A stretch of 64,000 nucleotides of DNA, taken from assembly GCF_002105155.1 (NCBI RefSeq), contig NW_019028996.1, positions 186,001-250,000 of the forward strand, read 5' to 3'. Below the pieces are notes generated by a model, which ran no database searches, was not told where the DNA came from, and saw only the letters and a program-made list of their open reading frames with translations. The translations under genes and the position numbers were made by a program. Numbering within the stretch: position 1 is the first letter of the stretch; every line of letters begins with the position of its first letter. Below are positions 1 through 11,179 of the stretch, piece after piece. Origin of the DNA: Lobosporangium transversale (lineage: Eukaryota).

Positions 1-779
1 CCAACCAGCTCATACCAGCGGCTGTTTCTGAGACCACCGTTAGACGACGGCTCAAGGAGTTAGGATTGACAGCAAAGAGGCGTGTACATAAGCCAGCTTT
101 ACGTCGACGGCATATTAAAGCTCGTTTGCATTTTATCAAAAAGTATAAGGAATGGACTCTGGAAGATTGGAAAAAGGTTATTTGGTCAGATGAATCGAAA
201 ATAAACCGAATCTGCTCTGATGGCGTGCAGTGGATCTGGGACGACAACCCGGGACGCCTCACTCGCAGGTCGGTGCAAGGCACTGTCAAGTTTGGGGGTG
301 GTAATGTTAAAGTGTGGTCATGCTTCTCATGGTACGGACCTGGATACATTGCAAAGATTGACAATAATATGGACGCACAACTTTACATCAAACTACTGCA
401 GGAGGATCTACAGATGTCGCTTGATGACTGGGGCCTAACTAAAAGCGATATCGTCTTTCAGCACGACAATGACTCGAAGCACACGGCGAAGATTGTTAGG
501 AAGTATTTGGAGTCAGTACATCTGACAGAAGAGGAAGGTACACTTCTAGAGTGGCCAGCACAATCCCCTGACCTCAACCCTATTGAACACATGTGGGCAG
601 AATTGGATAGGCGGCTCTCTAGGTATCCGGAGCGAGCTAAGAGCTGTGATGAACTATGGGAGCGAATATCGGTTGAATGGTACAGGATCCCAGTGGACTT
701 CTGCCGCAAACTCATCATAGGTATCCATAAGAGACTCCAAGCTGTCAGTGATGCCCATGGTTGGAATACTATCTATTGA
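1..779 (+). CDS. Tc1/mariner-family DDE transposase (5'-truncated by window edge)
   Basis: Frame open from nt 3 (..VSETTVRRRLKELGL..) to TGA 777-779. Tc1 motifs WKKVIWSDESK, VKFGGGNVKVWSCF, FQHDNDSKH and WPAQSPDLNPIEHMW. Confidence 0.95.
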   Translation, partial: NQLIPAAVSETTVRRRLKELGLTAKRRVHKPALRRRHIKARLHFIKKYKEWTLEDWKKVIWSDESKINRICSDGVQWIWDDNPGRLTRRSVQGTVKFGGGNVKVWSCFSWYGPGYIAKIDNNMDAQLYIKLLQEDLQMSLDDWGLTKSDIVFQHDNDSKHTAKIVRKYLESVHLTEEEGTLLEWPAQSPDLNPIEHMWAELDRRLSRYPERAKSCDELWERISVEWYRIPVDFCRKLIIGIHKRLQAVSDAHGWNTIY

Positions 780-1084
780 TGTAAGGTTATGCCTCACAAA
801 AGAATAAAGATCTTTGGCCACCGAATGGGCACATGTGAAACTGATTCAATGACCTGCATGAACAAAAAAGTCATTAGCTATTCAAATGAGACAAGCTAAT
901 GTCACAACGCATCACTATGACGTAGAAGAAGACGGGAGCTTTATTAAACCAAAGTGTGAGTGGTGTATGCATATACGGTTTCTAGGAATGAAAAAAAGAA
1001 ATGCACATGGGAATGAATTATTGAATCAGTTTTGCATGATAGTGTATGAGCCTGAACACCTTTTATTCTCAGAGCAAGAGTGTA
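1..1084 (+). mobile_element. Tc1-like DNA transposon, right half; putative right end ..AGAGCAAGAGTG|TA
   Basis: Transposase ORF followed by ~300 bp ending GAGTG+TA (1078-1084), whose reverse complement TA|CACTC resembles Tc1 termini. The left TIR is outside the window, so the end is unconfirmed. Confidence 0.55.
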
Positions 1085-1518
1085 GAGTCTATAAAAAAAA
1101 AAGTATTTAAGAGGCCAGTGATTCCGATTCCTTGTTATCATGCAAGCAGTTAAAGATGTCAATACGGGGCCAAGGTCGATTATTAGACTGTCTGATTTAA
1201 TACGGTAACGCATGGAGAGGCAGTTAGAGCCATATGTTAAAAACAACTCTTTCTCTTACAGCTTCGCTGACTCCTTCTCATCTTTCTTCGCCTTTCATAT
1301 TTCAGCCTTCGCCCTTTACCAAGGTATAGATTTGTCTTCTGTATCCAGACCAACAGTGTACAAGGGAGAAAGCATTCACTATTTTACATGGGGAATATGT
1401 GGGCCTTATCAAACAATCGCCAGATTCAGCTGTTGTGGATTGGATGCACAGGCGTGGAGTATAAAGATAAATGGGTAGGATAAAGAAGTGCTATTTTTTA
1501 TTATTTTTACTTGAGGAA

Positions 1519-1619
1519 GCGAGTGCCTCGTTGCCCTAATAAACATAAACTAGAAACGAAAAGGAGATTGCGAGCGCCTCGTTGCTCCAGTAGACATAAG
1601 CTTGAAGTGAAAGGAGATT
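1519..1619. repeat. Diverged tandem duplication of a ~50 bp unit
   Basis: GCGAGTGCCTCGTTGCCCTAATAAACATAAACTAGAAACGAAAAGGAGATT (1519-1569) versus GCGAGCGCCTCGTTGCTCCAGTAGACATAAGCTTGAAGTGAAAGGAGATT (1570-1619). Confidence 0.8.
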
Positions 1620-2010
1620 AATTGGAAAAGATCAATGGAGAGAGCGAGATTTATACGATTAATGAATGAATTAGGTGAAAGTAAGGATTAATTAGTGGGC
1701 AGAGATGAAAGAACAAGCGACAAGCAAATGCTTGTCACACAACAAGTAAACCTTCCTGTTGCAACAAGATTGGGCTTTATTTGAGACCGGTTCGTCGGGG
1801 AAAACAAAAATGTCGTGTTTCTTTCGACAAGCATGAGGCTGTGGTGTGCTATCGATCAGGCACATGTACTGGCAAACTTTTTTTTTTTTTTTTTCTTTTT
1901 TTTTCCATTCATTCATTCAAACTCGGACATTAGCTTTTTATTTTATTTTATTTTATTTTTTTTGCACTCCTTCTTTTAACGTTAATAACCTATCAACCAC
2001 ACCTTCAACT

Positions 2011-2234
2011 ATGCGCGCTTATCTTTACGACAACCTTGACACTGACTGCAGACTGCCTCATGAGCTTGAGCCTTCGGTTCCTGTCTCGGCTGAAGAATTA
2101 GCAGCTTCCGGAGTCCTTTATTGGAAGTTACAGGACGAGAACTTTGAGGAGCAAATCGACAAAATCTGTGAAGAACGTAACTACAAGAACCGTGACCAGG
2201 TATTTGTAGTATTAATGTCTATAACTAATTACTC

Positions 2235-2266
<32 letters not shown>

Positions 2267-2814
2267 CAGCTGTCCCCCTCCCATGCCCTTGTGCATGTTT
2301 TAAACATGACACTCACTTTTAAATCTAAACACTGTTTTGGTATTTCACTATTTTCCGTCAATATGTTTAGATTACGGTTTCCAAGGAAGGTCTCGGTGCC
2401 TTGTTTGACGAGAAGATCAAGACGTTTTTCGCAGAGTAAGTCATCAATGCTATATGGATGAAAAATTCTATTATCCACCCCATCCAACCAACCAAAAAAA
2501 AAAAAAAAAAGTACTAAAAGAAATATCTTCTTCGTTTCCTTTTCTTCAATCCGTGAACATTTAAAAAAGGCATTTGCATGAGGACGAAGAGATTCGTGCA
2601 ATTCTTGAAGGCACTGGATACTTTGATATCAGAGGTAAGTAAGCCCTTTTTTAAAAAAATAAAAAAATAAGCACAAGGCATCTTGAACTTACCTTGCTGC
2701 ATTTTTTTTTTTCTCTTCCCTCTTCCATTCATCAACAGATAGACAGGATCGTTGGGTTAGAATTAAAGTTGAAGCTGGTGATTTAATTGTTTTGGTAAGA
2801 CAGACTTAACCACG

Positions 2815-2850
<36 letters not shown>

Positions 2851-3181
2851 ACCGATGTATGTGTATATTAATATATTTTTAAATGAATAAATAATTAGCC
2901 CGCTGGCATCTATCACCGCTTCACTCTCGATACCAACAACTACCTCAAGGCTATGCGTCTGTTCAAGGAGGATCCTGTTTGGACCCCTCTTAATCGTAAG
3001 GAATAAGTTTAAATGATTAATTATTATTATTATTATTTTTTTTTTTTTTTTTTTTTTTTTGTAGAAGCAAAATCTTAATCGTATTAATGTCTATATATCA
3101 CGGGGATTGGTTGTTGTTTTAGGTCCATGTGATGAAAACCCACACCGCAAGGCCTATCTCGAGGTCATTGCCGCCAATTAA
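2011..3181 (+). CDS. ADI1: Acireductone dioxygenase (ARD/ARD', methionine salvage), 6 exons
   Basis: Spliced translation [110 protein letters not shown]. Contains the cupin HxHxDEE..H metal motif. GT-AG introns. Confidence 0.95.
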
Positions 3182-3361
3182 AAAGAGAGGGTATTTAAAC
3201 ATTGAGAAGATTAAGTGCTTTCTTGGTAGAGCTATTTTTTCTTCTTTTCTTTTCTTTTCAAATCACTACCCTAGTCCCCCACTCTATTTTTGCACATATT
3301 CATCCAGCTGTAAGCTGTAAGGCATTTAACTTTGCGGACAAAAATATAATAAAAAAATATA

Positions 3362-5482
3362 TCATGTCAGCAACTGAAAGCGACATCGTGTAGCTGTTTG
3401 ATCAATCTCCCAATCTAATCCGACAATAGCTCCGATAGAGGAAGCTGCTGGTGCTGATGCTTTTGGGGTCTCGTCCAGATCTCTTAATCGTTCTATTATT
3501 CCTTCTATTCCGTTAGAAAGAATGGCTCTGATGCTCTGTCGAGTTTTGATCCAGAGACGCATACAATCCTTAGACTTAATCGTAGCGACTTTATCAGATA
3601 TGGCTGTGTCCCCTCTATTAGGTAGCTCCTGACTATAATAACCAGTTGACGGATGCTGCTGTTGCTCCACTTCTAGTGCTGGATCTTGTACTTCAGCCAC
3701 TATGAAGCAATCTGTCCAAAACCCAACAATTTGTTGAAGCCAAAGTTCACGTTCAGAAGGTAGCGGCTGAGGATTGGCAGGTGGATTATTGATGCTTGCT
3801 GGTGATGATATTCGATTCTCTTCAAAAATCAAGAGTTCTGGATTTTGTCCACTAAAAAAAAAAAAAAAAAAAAAAGAGCAGCATAAGCCGATATGTAGTG
3901 AGAGGTAGTTTTTTTTTTTTTTTTTTTTTTTTTAAGAAAAATAATAATGATAAATAAAAAGCACCTACGAGGCGCGTTGAATCCACTCGAGGCTGTCCTT
4001 GATTTCGCTCAATGCCTGGTTAGCCATTTTAATATATTGAACACGTTCACGATCTTCATCGTTGGTATGGCTCGTCATTGATATAGCGGACGGGAATGTT
4101 TGAAATGTTTCTGGCTGCGGCTGCTGTTGTTGTGCGCTGTGAGCTGTTGCTGCAGTTCCTACTGTTGGGATCTCAGTTAATTCACCTCTATAATTGTATG
4201 GTGAGGGTAAGGCACATAACGATGAAGTGGCTACTCGTGTCTGGCCTTCAGGATTAACACTTTTATAAAAATGACCACTGAAACATCCAATTAATATGAT
4301 TAGAGTTGGGATCGAAGGTTCAATAGTCTCTCCGCTGCCGCTGTTAAAATGATTATCATTACTATTATTATTATTATAGTTGTTCTTATCGTCGTTCCTA
4401 TTGTCATTGTGCTTCTCCCACCGCTTCACCCTTTCCTGCCTATGATGATGATCCTCATCCTCGTCCAAAGTCGGACTAATGCCTTTATCCGTTACCCATT
4501 TATGTTGATGATGGTACCCAAACGTTTTATCTTGTGTATCTTCTGGGTCGAGGTGTATGCATCGAAAGAAGGACTGAAGATGAGCAAGCGTAGGCACATA
4601 TCGAATCTGGATTCTTGACCATAGATCTGCTCGAAATGGCTCCTCATTGACATTGGCATTATTGTCGCTATTATTATCATCTTTATCGTCATCCTTACTA
4701 TCGTCATCATCGAGGTTAACAGTATTGGTTTTGTATTCAAGACTGCTTCCAGAAATAGACATGGGTTGGCTCCTTGATTCTGCTCTTCCTTCTTCTCCTT
4801 CTATTCCCTCATCCTCTGCTTCTTCGATGATTTCTGGTAACAATGAAGGCAGCATTTGAGCCAACTGTATCTGGGAGCCTAATGATCCTTGTTGGGTTTG
4901 TAGCTGGGATTGGGTTGCAGATATAAACTCATCGTATCCGTCTGGCCCAGGGCCTGAAGGAAATAAATGCTGCCACGGTCCGGCATGATCATTGCTTATC
5001 TTATTAATTGATTCATCTACGCCTGAATTTGTTCCTGTTGCTGTTGTTGTTGTTATGGCGTCTGATGTTTGTTGTAATGGACCGTTTTTTGTTTTTTGCT
5101 TTGTTTCATGTTCAGGTGGAGCATAGAGTTTTTGTTCATGAAGCATCCATTCTTTGAGATGAGCCTTGGTATCTGTTATTATCAGGACTGTTCGGTGCTC
5201 ATTATCACTCTCTTGAAGATAATTCAAAGCATACTGGAATATATAGCTAATAAAAGATAATAAGAAGAATTATCTGTAAGATAATCAAGCTTCACGGTCA
5301 ACGTGAGCACATCCTGCATATACATTTTTTTCTTTTTGCCACTAATTTGCATGTTACCGTAAAGGCAAGTTTGTCACCAACGCACTTGACATGTTTTTTA
5401 GAACAAGTCGATTCAGCTGTTCATTTTGTAGAATGGCCTTTTGTTTGACATGAGCAGGAAAGAAATTGAGGACATTGACCAT
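3362..5482 (-). CDS. Putative SWSAP1/Shu-complex-like Rad51-paralog-fold protein with long low-complexity insertions, 3 exons
   Basis: Exons ~5482-5358, ~5246-3969 and ~3851-3362 join in frame. Segments IFQYALNYL..RTVLIIT, LWSRIQIRYVPTLAHLQSFFRCIH and PTLIILIG recall SWSAP1 (KIRFQYPPSTRELFRLLCSAH, PSLLLLDG), from memory. No intact Walker A. Confidence 0.5.
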
Positions 5483-5682
5483 TGAGGGGAAAAAAAAAAA
5501 GGTGAAGAATGGACAAATTGAATTATAAAGATGCTGCACCAAAATAATAAAAAAATGAAAGGAGCAAGCGCATTTTTGCTCGCGCTCCTTCACGGGAAAT
5601 TATGTCGCGTGTATGTGCAAACAGCTCATTCATGACGCGCTTTTTATTTTTATTATTTTCGATCCAATACAGGTTCTTTCCA

Positions 5683-8252
5683 TTATTCCTGAAGCTCTAC
5701 ATAGTTGGCTATAGACATCGATAGATACAAATACATTGAAAAATGAGCATATTATCAGCTAATTTACTCTTTCTTTTTCTTTTTTGGTCAACATCATGAA
5801 CATCAGATAAAAAATATATGTTCTTCATAAAACTTACATGGGAAAAGGCCATTTGTGCCATCTTGTGCTAACCCGCTCCACCAGTCATCACTGACGAACT
5901 ATAGAAAGAAAAAAGAAAAGAAAAGAAAAAGTTGGGTTAGTATTTAACAGTACTATGTTTCAATTGTTATTTGCCTTATATGTTGCATACAAATGAAATA
6001 AAAAGAATAATAAATCCAGACAGCAACTCTCTGATCCTTACTTCAATATCTCTGATAATATCACCCTCCGAGAATGAGATCTCGTTAGGCTCTCCTGCAT
6101 TATAGTCGTACAAAGCAACTGCTGTGGGCTTAGCAGACAGCACCTCATCCACTGCGGCAAGTCCTGATTCATCTCCTGCATAGGTATCATGTGCGTAGGC
6201 CTCCTGCTCTTCTGCATAATGCGCCGACGTTCCCTCAGCAGCAGCAGAATCTTGCCCAATGACTTCGACATAATTGGCTACAGAAAGAAAAGCCGAGAAG
6301 AATGTTATCGGTTAACTTTATATACATATACTCAGTCTCATCCTAATTTCATTCTAAAAACAGAGTAGAAAAAATCCATCAACTTACCTGGGAAAAGACC
6401 GCTTCTGGTACCATCTGCGCTCTCACCGCTCCACCAGCCGGGGTCTAGCTCCTGGACGTTGACAAGGATTTCACCTTCAATTAATGTCATTTCGTTCTCT
6501 TCTGTCTTCTCATAATCGTACAAGACAACTGCCTGGACTCCTTGGCCGGCATCGGCGGGTGCAGACTCGTCTCCATGTGTATCCTCAGCCTCCTGATGTG
6601 CCGAATAATCACTTGCATTAGCAGTAGCAGTAGCAGTAGCAGCAGCAGCAGCAGCAGCAGCAGCGGTGGCAGCGGCTCCAACGCCTATAGCAGCAACAGC
6701 TCCAACCCCCACGGCAGCAACGGTAGCAGCAGCAGCAGCCCCAACCCCCATAGCAGCCGCAGCAGTACCTACCTTAGACTGCTGATTTGTGTTTTTCCTC
6801 TTGCTCTTGTTCTTGTTCTTGTTGACGTCTCTTCTCTGCGGCCTCTTCTTCCTCACGCTGTTCTCTCAAACGTCTCTCCGCTGCTTCCCTCTCCTCCTTC
6901 TCACGCTGTCGTCTCTTTTCTTCTTCTTGAGCAGCGGCCTGTTCACGAACCTGAGCTTGCTCACGGGCCTTAGCGGCCTCACGTGCAGAACGAGCAGCTT
7001 CCTCTGCTTCTGCTCTCTCTCGTTCCTCTCTTTCTCTAGCAGCACGCTCCTCACGTGCACGTTCCTGGATCTCCTGCTGTGCACGCTGCTGTTGTTGTTC
7101 CTGAAGGCGCTTTTCTTCAGCTTGTTTTTGAGCGTTGGATTGCCCTAAGGCTTGACGTTCTTTAGCTTCTCTAGCTTCGATTTCACGCTTAATCCGTTCT
7201 CGCTCTTCCTTCTCACGTGCCTCACGCTCCAGTCTGATTTGTTGAGCCTTGTTCATACTAGGTTCATTGCGTGTAGGAGTAGGGATGGTGGGAGCTCCTG
7301 TTCCCGAGCTTGCGCCTGCTCCTGCTCCTGCGGGGCGGCCATAGTTGGTTAAAGAGCTTGGAGGAGTAACCTTGTTGAAAGATATCGTTTTCGTGCCTCC
7401 TGTGTAAGATGAAGACCCTACTGACGTCTTCCACGTTCTTTCTGGAGCTGGAGGTGCAGGTTTGGATACTTGTGGAGTAGAAGGAGTGGACGGTGATGAT
7501 GATCCGAAAGTCTTTGTCGCTGCGAGTCCATACTGTGAGAAGAGAAAGTAGAAAGTAGAAAATCAAGAAATGTAAAAAAAAAAGTTAAAAATAGGCTCAA
7601 ATAAAAGATTAAGGACAAAGTACTTCCTTCATTATTCCCATTACCTTCGGTGCAGGCTGAGGCTTAGTAGGGTTACGCTGCATGGCTGAAATATCTGGAA
7701 TCTCCGTTTTCTTGTATGCAGATTGAAGAGGAGTGATCTTTTCAGGTTTATAATCTTCCTTGTGGATCGAATACTTTGAGCCAGAGCTCTCATCAAGTCT
7801 CTTCATAATATGAGATGGTGCGACATCATCTTCACAGCGAGCATTGATTTGTAAATGATATCCCTAATATCAAATTGAAAATATTGATATATGTAAGAAA
7901 AAAAAAAGAATTCATATTACTCGCTTCGTAAAATCTTATATCGCTGTAACATTTTTCCTTTTTTCAGACTCTTTTTTTTCTAAAGCCCAAATATAAAAAA
8001 CATGATATCATATCGAATACATTGAGATATATCCGTTGGATGTTTGACAAGTAATTATGAGTAACCATTATCACTTTTTTTTACCTTGAGGAAATTTGCA
8101 ACATCAGCAAGGTGGCTGCTGAAGAGGCCCTTCTTGAACACTGGAACACCATCACCGCACTAAAAGATATGAAAAAGAAAAAAGAAAAGTTTTCTTTTTG
8201 TCAGCTTTTTTTTTTTTTTTCTTACCAGTATGCAGTATGATAGAGAAGAAAG

Positions 8253-8283
<31 letters not shown>

Positions 8284-8554
8284 CTTTTACCCAAGCAATT
8301 AGGACAAACTTGTTGAGTTGAGAGTAAGGATCGACAACTCTAACAAATGCATATTGGATTTTACCGTCCATGAATTCTCCCTCTAGTTCCTCAAGCCCTC
8401 CTTTACCCTGTCCGAGCACCTTGAGGTCATTGGTGCCCTTGTCATATCCAAATAGGGCCCAGTTGTCGCTAGTCTTGGGATCTCCGGTTAAAATTGTGTC
8501 ATAGGCCGCCTTGAGGTCGTGACCATACGTTGTAAAGTTAACTTGCAAACTCAT
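5683..8554 (-). CDS. ABP1: Actin-binding protein Abp1/drebrin-like (ADF-H domain, charged coiled coil, two SH3 domains); apparent +1 frameshift near 6775
   Basis: ADF-H exon MSLQVNF..NWALFGYDKGTNDLKV..GKIQYAFVRVVDP..KFVLIAW, E/R/Q-rich helix, SH3 AVVLYDYEKTEENEM..GWWSG..GLFP|ANYV, and second SH3 AVALYDYNAGEPNEISF..DDWWSG..GLFP|ANYVELQE*. Confidence 0.92.
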
Positions 8555-8927
8555 TGGTTGTCAAAAAAGTAAAATAAAAGGAAGGTGAATGATGAATGAA
8601 AAAATAAAAAAGTAAGATGAGAGAAGAATGAGCCGTTATTATTTTTTTTATTACTCTGCTTTCCACAGATGATGTCTTTTCTTAAACTTTAATTTGAATT
8701 AATTGCGACAAAAACGTCACTCGATTTTTTTTTTTTTTCGAGTGACGCGTAACTGTTGTTGGACGCGATTTACCAAACGCGTAGGTAACTAACTAGCTTA
8801 GAGTTAGAGGCTATAGCATTTTATTTTCTATTATTTATGTATTTCTTTTTTTTTAAGTATAGATAAACTTTTTTTATTTCCTTCTTCAAGGTCTCAACTT
8901 TTTTTACAGTTACTATCCAACAGACTG

Positions 8928-9319
8928 TTATCCATATGCAGGCTTGCACTCTCCCTTGCCACAATCGCAACACTTGCGAGGAGTAATCACACACCTTTGA
9001 TCCTTGCGACAAGGAGGACAGCTCGGAGGGGCAAAACAGTATATACAATCTAGAAACAAAAAGCGAGTACATATATTTATAAATAAAGAAGCAACTAGCC
9101 CTTATTGATTGCCAGGAAATCTAGAATAATGGCTCATAGGATGAAGAGAGGAAGGAGGAAGGATGAAGAAATGGGTATAAAGCAAAAATAGTAATAAAAA
9201 AAATAGACAAAATATCGTCAATTACCTTTACACCATGTGGCTGGAGCAGCTTCAACAGAAGAGGTTGCCATGGCCAAGATAGCGGCAATGATAAGGATGG
9301 TAAACTTTGTAATGATCAT
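8928..9319 (-). CDS. Small secreted cysteine-rich protein (71 aa; one Opy2-N-like Cys module), 2 exons; absent from ORF track
   Basis: Exon 9319-9226 (MIITKFTILIIAAILAMATSSVEAAPATWCK, signal peptide), phase-1 GT-AG intron, then exon 9049-8928 (DCIYCFAPPSCPPCRKDQRCVITPRKCCDCGKGECKPAYG*). Confidence 0.85.
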
Positions 9320-9425
9320 TGTAATGTATCGCTGCTTTTGTTGTTTGGAGTAGAAAAATAAAAATAAAAAAATAAAAAATAAAAAAAAAAAAAAAATAAA
9401 AAAAAAAAGGTCAGTAGTAGCACCT

Positions 9426-9432
9426 CTTTATA
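9426..9432 (-). promoter_or_regulatory. Putative TATA box of the 71-aa Cys-rich gene
   Basis: TATAAAG on the minus strand ~107 bp upstream of ATG 9319. The paralog has TATAAAAG at an equivalent distance. Confidence 0.45.
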
Positions 9433-10393
9433 TCACAAAAAGAAGAGATATAAAATGGTCACCAAAGGTCAATGTGCCCCATTGATAACGGGTGAAAGAG
9501 GAAAGAGTCATCAATGGTGATATGCTATTTTGCTATATCAATAAAATGTACCGCTGATAGATCGATAGTAGACAATGAATCCCTTCACTGCCATTTGAGC
9601 GCATTTCAGGTCGAGAGGTCTGAGCAGATGATCACATTCTGAGACCCAATTATTCAACAGCAATACACCCTTCTTCTCTACATACATCGTGCATGACACG
9701 CCCACACCCTGTCCGTGCCAATTAATTACAGGCTTTAATACAAATGTTAACAATAAGGCCTACGCACAATATCTACACCTTTCCTCAAACTTATACCAGT
9801 AATGATATACTTGGCCCCTGTCAGCATGCATGTGTGTGTGGAGGCAACATTGGAGAGTGTAGCCCCCACACCTTTTTTTTGTTTTAGCCCTCGTCCCTTG
9901 TATGGTCAACATCTAATTACATTGGATATGATATGGTCCTTTGTTTGTCTTTTTTTTTTTTTTTCCTTTCTTCTTGAAAAATAAAAAACTACCTGACGCC
10001 AAAAGTCGATCATCCCATGTTGGTGCTTCACCAAGTAAAAAAAATATATATTTGTATATTCCTATTTATTTAAGCCATTCGGAAAATTTCCCATTTGTTT
10101 ATTAAACCGAATGTAGCCAAAGTTACACGAAGGCTGTAAATATTAAAAAATCGCGTCTCTAGTATACATACATTTTGCTTTTTTTTTTTTTTTAATCAAT
10201 TTTTACTTGTTCCGAAGTTCATACTCGGATTCATAATAGATGCATGTGATTTTCTTGTTTTTTCCTTTTTTTCTTTATTAATTAATAACAGACTATCCGC
10301 TTTTCAGGTTTTTGCATGAGATCTAAAGCGCATTGGTATTAAAACGCGTCTAAGTCTCAGACAGACATTTTGCACTTGTTTTACTCGATCCAT

Positions 10394-10425
<32 letters not shown>

Positions 10426-10428
10426 CCT

Positions 10429-11054
10429 TTACTTGGGCGTGCAGTAGCCGTCGCCGCAGTCGTGGCAAGTAGCTGGGATGATCACACACTTCTCATCTTC
10501 ACCGCAAGGAGGACATGTAGGAGGAGCGAAGCAATAGATGCAGTGGCCCGCTAAAAAAATAAAATAAAATAAAATACTTTGTTAATGGAATAGAAATACA
10601 TGGTAATAATGATATATAAAAGAGTAAGGGCCCTTACGCTTGGTCTGAGTCTCAGCTGGCTTGCACTCTCCCTTGCCACAATCATGGCAAGTGGCAGGAG
10701 TAATCACACACTTGAAGCCAGTTCCGCAGGGAGGGCACATTGGAGGAGCAAGGCACTTGATGCAAGCTAAGATTAGAGCAGTAATGATAGTAAATAACGA
10801 TAATAATAATAAAAAACATTAATAAGTATTCAACAACAAGCATTCAATATTGCAGACTGAAGGCTATTATAGTGGTAGTAATAGCAATCATTATAGTAAT
10901 AGTAATGATTATAGTAGTAATAATAATAGCGGTAGTAGTAGCAGTAATACGTCTACGTACATGTAGGCTTGGCAGCGGGGGCGGCTTCAACAAAAGAGCT
11001 GACCATGACCATGGCAGCGGCAATGAGGAAGATAGGGAACTTGGCGGCAATCAT
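10429..11054 (-). CDS. Small secreted cysteine-rich protein with two tandem Opy2-N-like modules, 3 exons; absent from ORF track
   Basis: MIAAKFPIFLIAAAMVMVSSFVEAAPAAKPT|SCIKCLAPPMCPPCGTGFKCVITPATCHDCGKGECKPAETQTK|PGHCIYCFAPPTCPPCGEDEKCVIIPATCHDCGDGYCTPK*. Phase-1 introns. Clear nucleotide paralogy with 8928-9049. Confidence 0.85.
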
Positions 11055-11171
11055 TATTGGATTAATTGGATATCTTGTTTAATGCGGGTGCGAAAAATGC
11101 TAAAATGTAAAAAGATGCTGATGATTGTGGTTGATGATGGAAAAGAGGAATCCCAAGAGAACTACCTGGTC

Positions 11172-11179
11172 CTTTTATA
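11172..11179 (-). promoter_or_regulatory. Putative TATA box of the two-module Cys-rich gene
   Basis: TATAAAAG on the minus strand ~118 bp upstream of ATG 11054. Confidence 0.45.

Noticed and set aside
1090..1430. Minus-strand coding-like remnant next to the Tc1 end
   Set aside because: Stop-riddled and no family recognisable.
8746..8782. ACGCGT (MCB-like) sites upstream of ABP1, with similar CGCG words near 5580-5640 and 41295
   Set aside because: Short motifs without conservation or expression support.
10845..10865. Extra micro-exon (PSVCNI) in intron 1 of the two-module Cys-rich gene
   Set aside because: It has an acceptor but no GT/GC donor in a compatible phase. Exon 1 splices cleanly to the first module without it.
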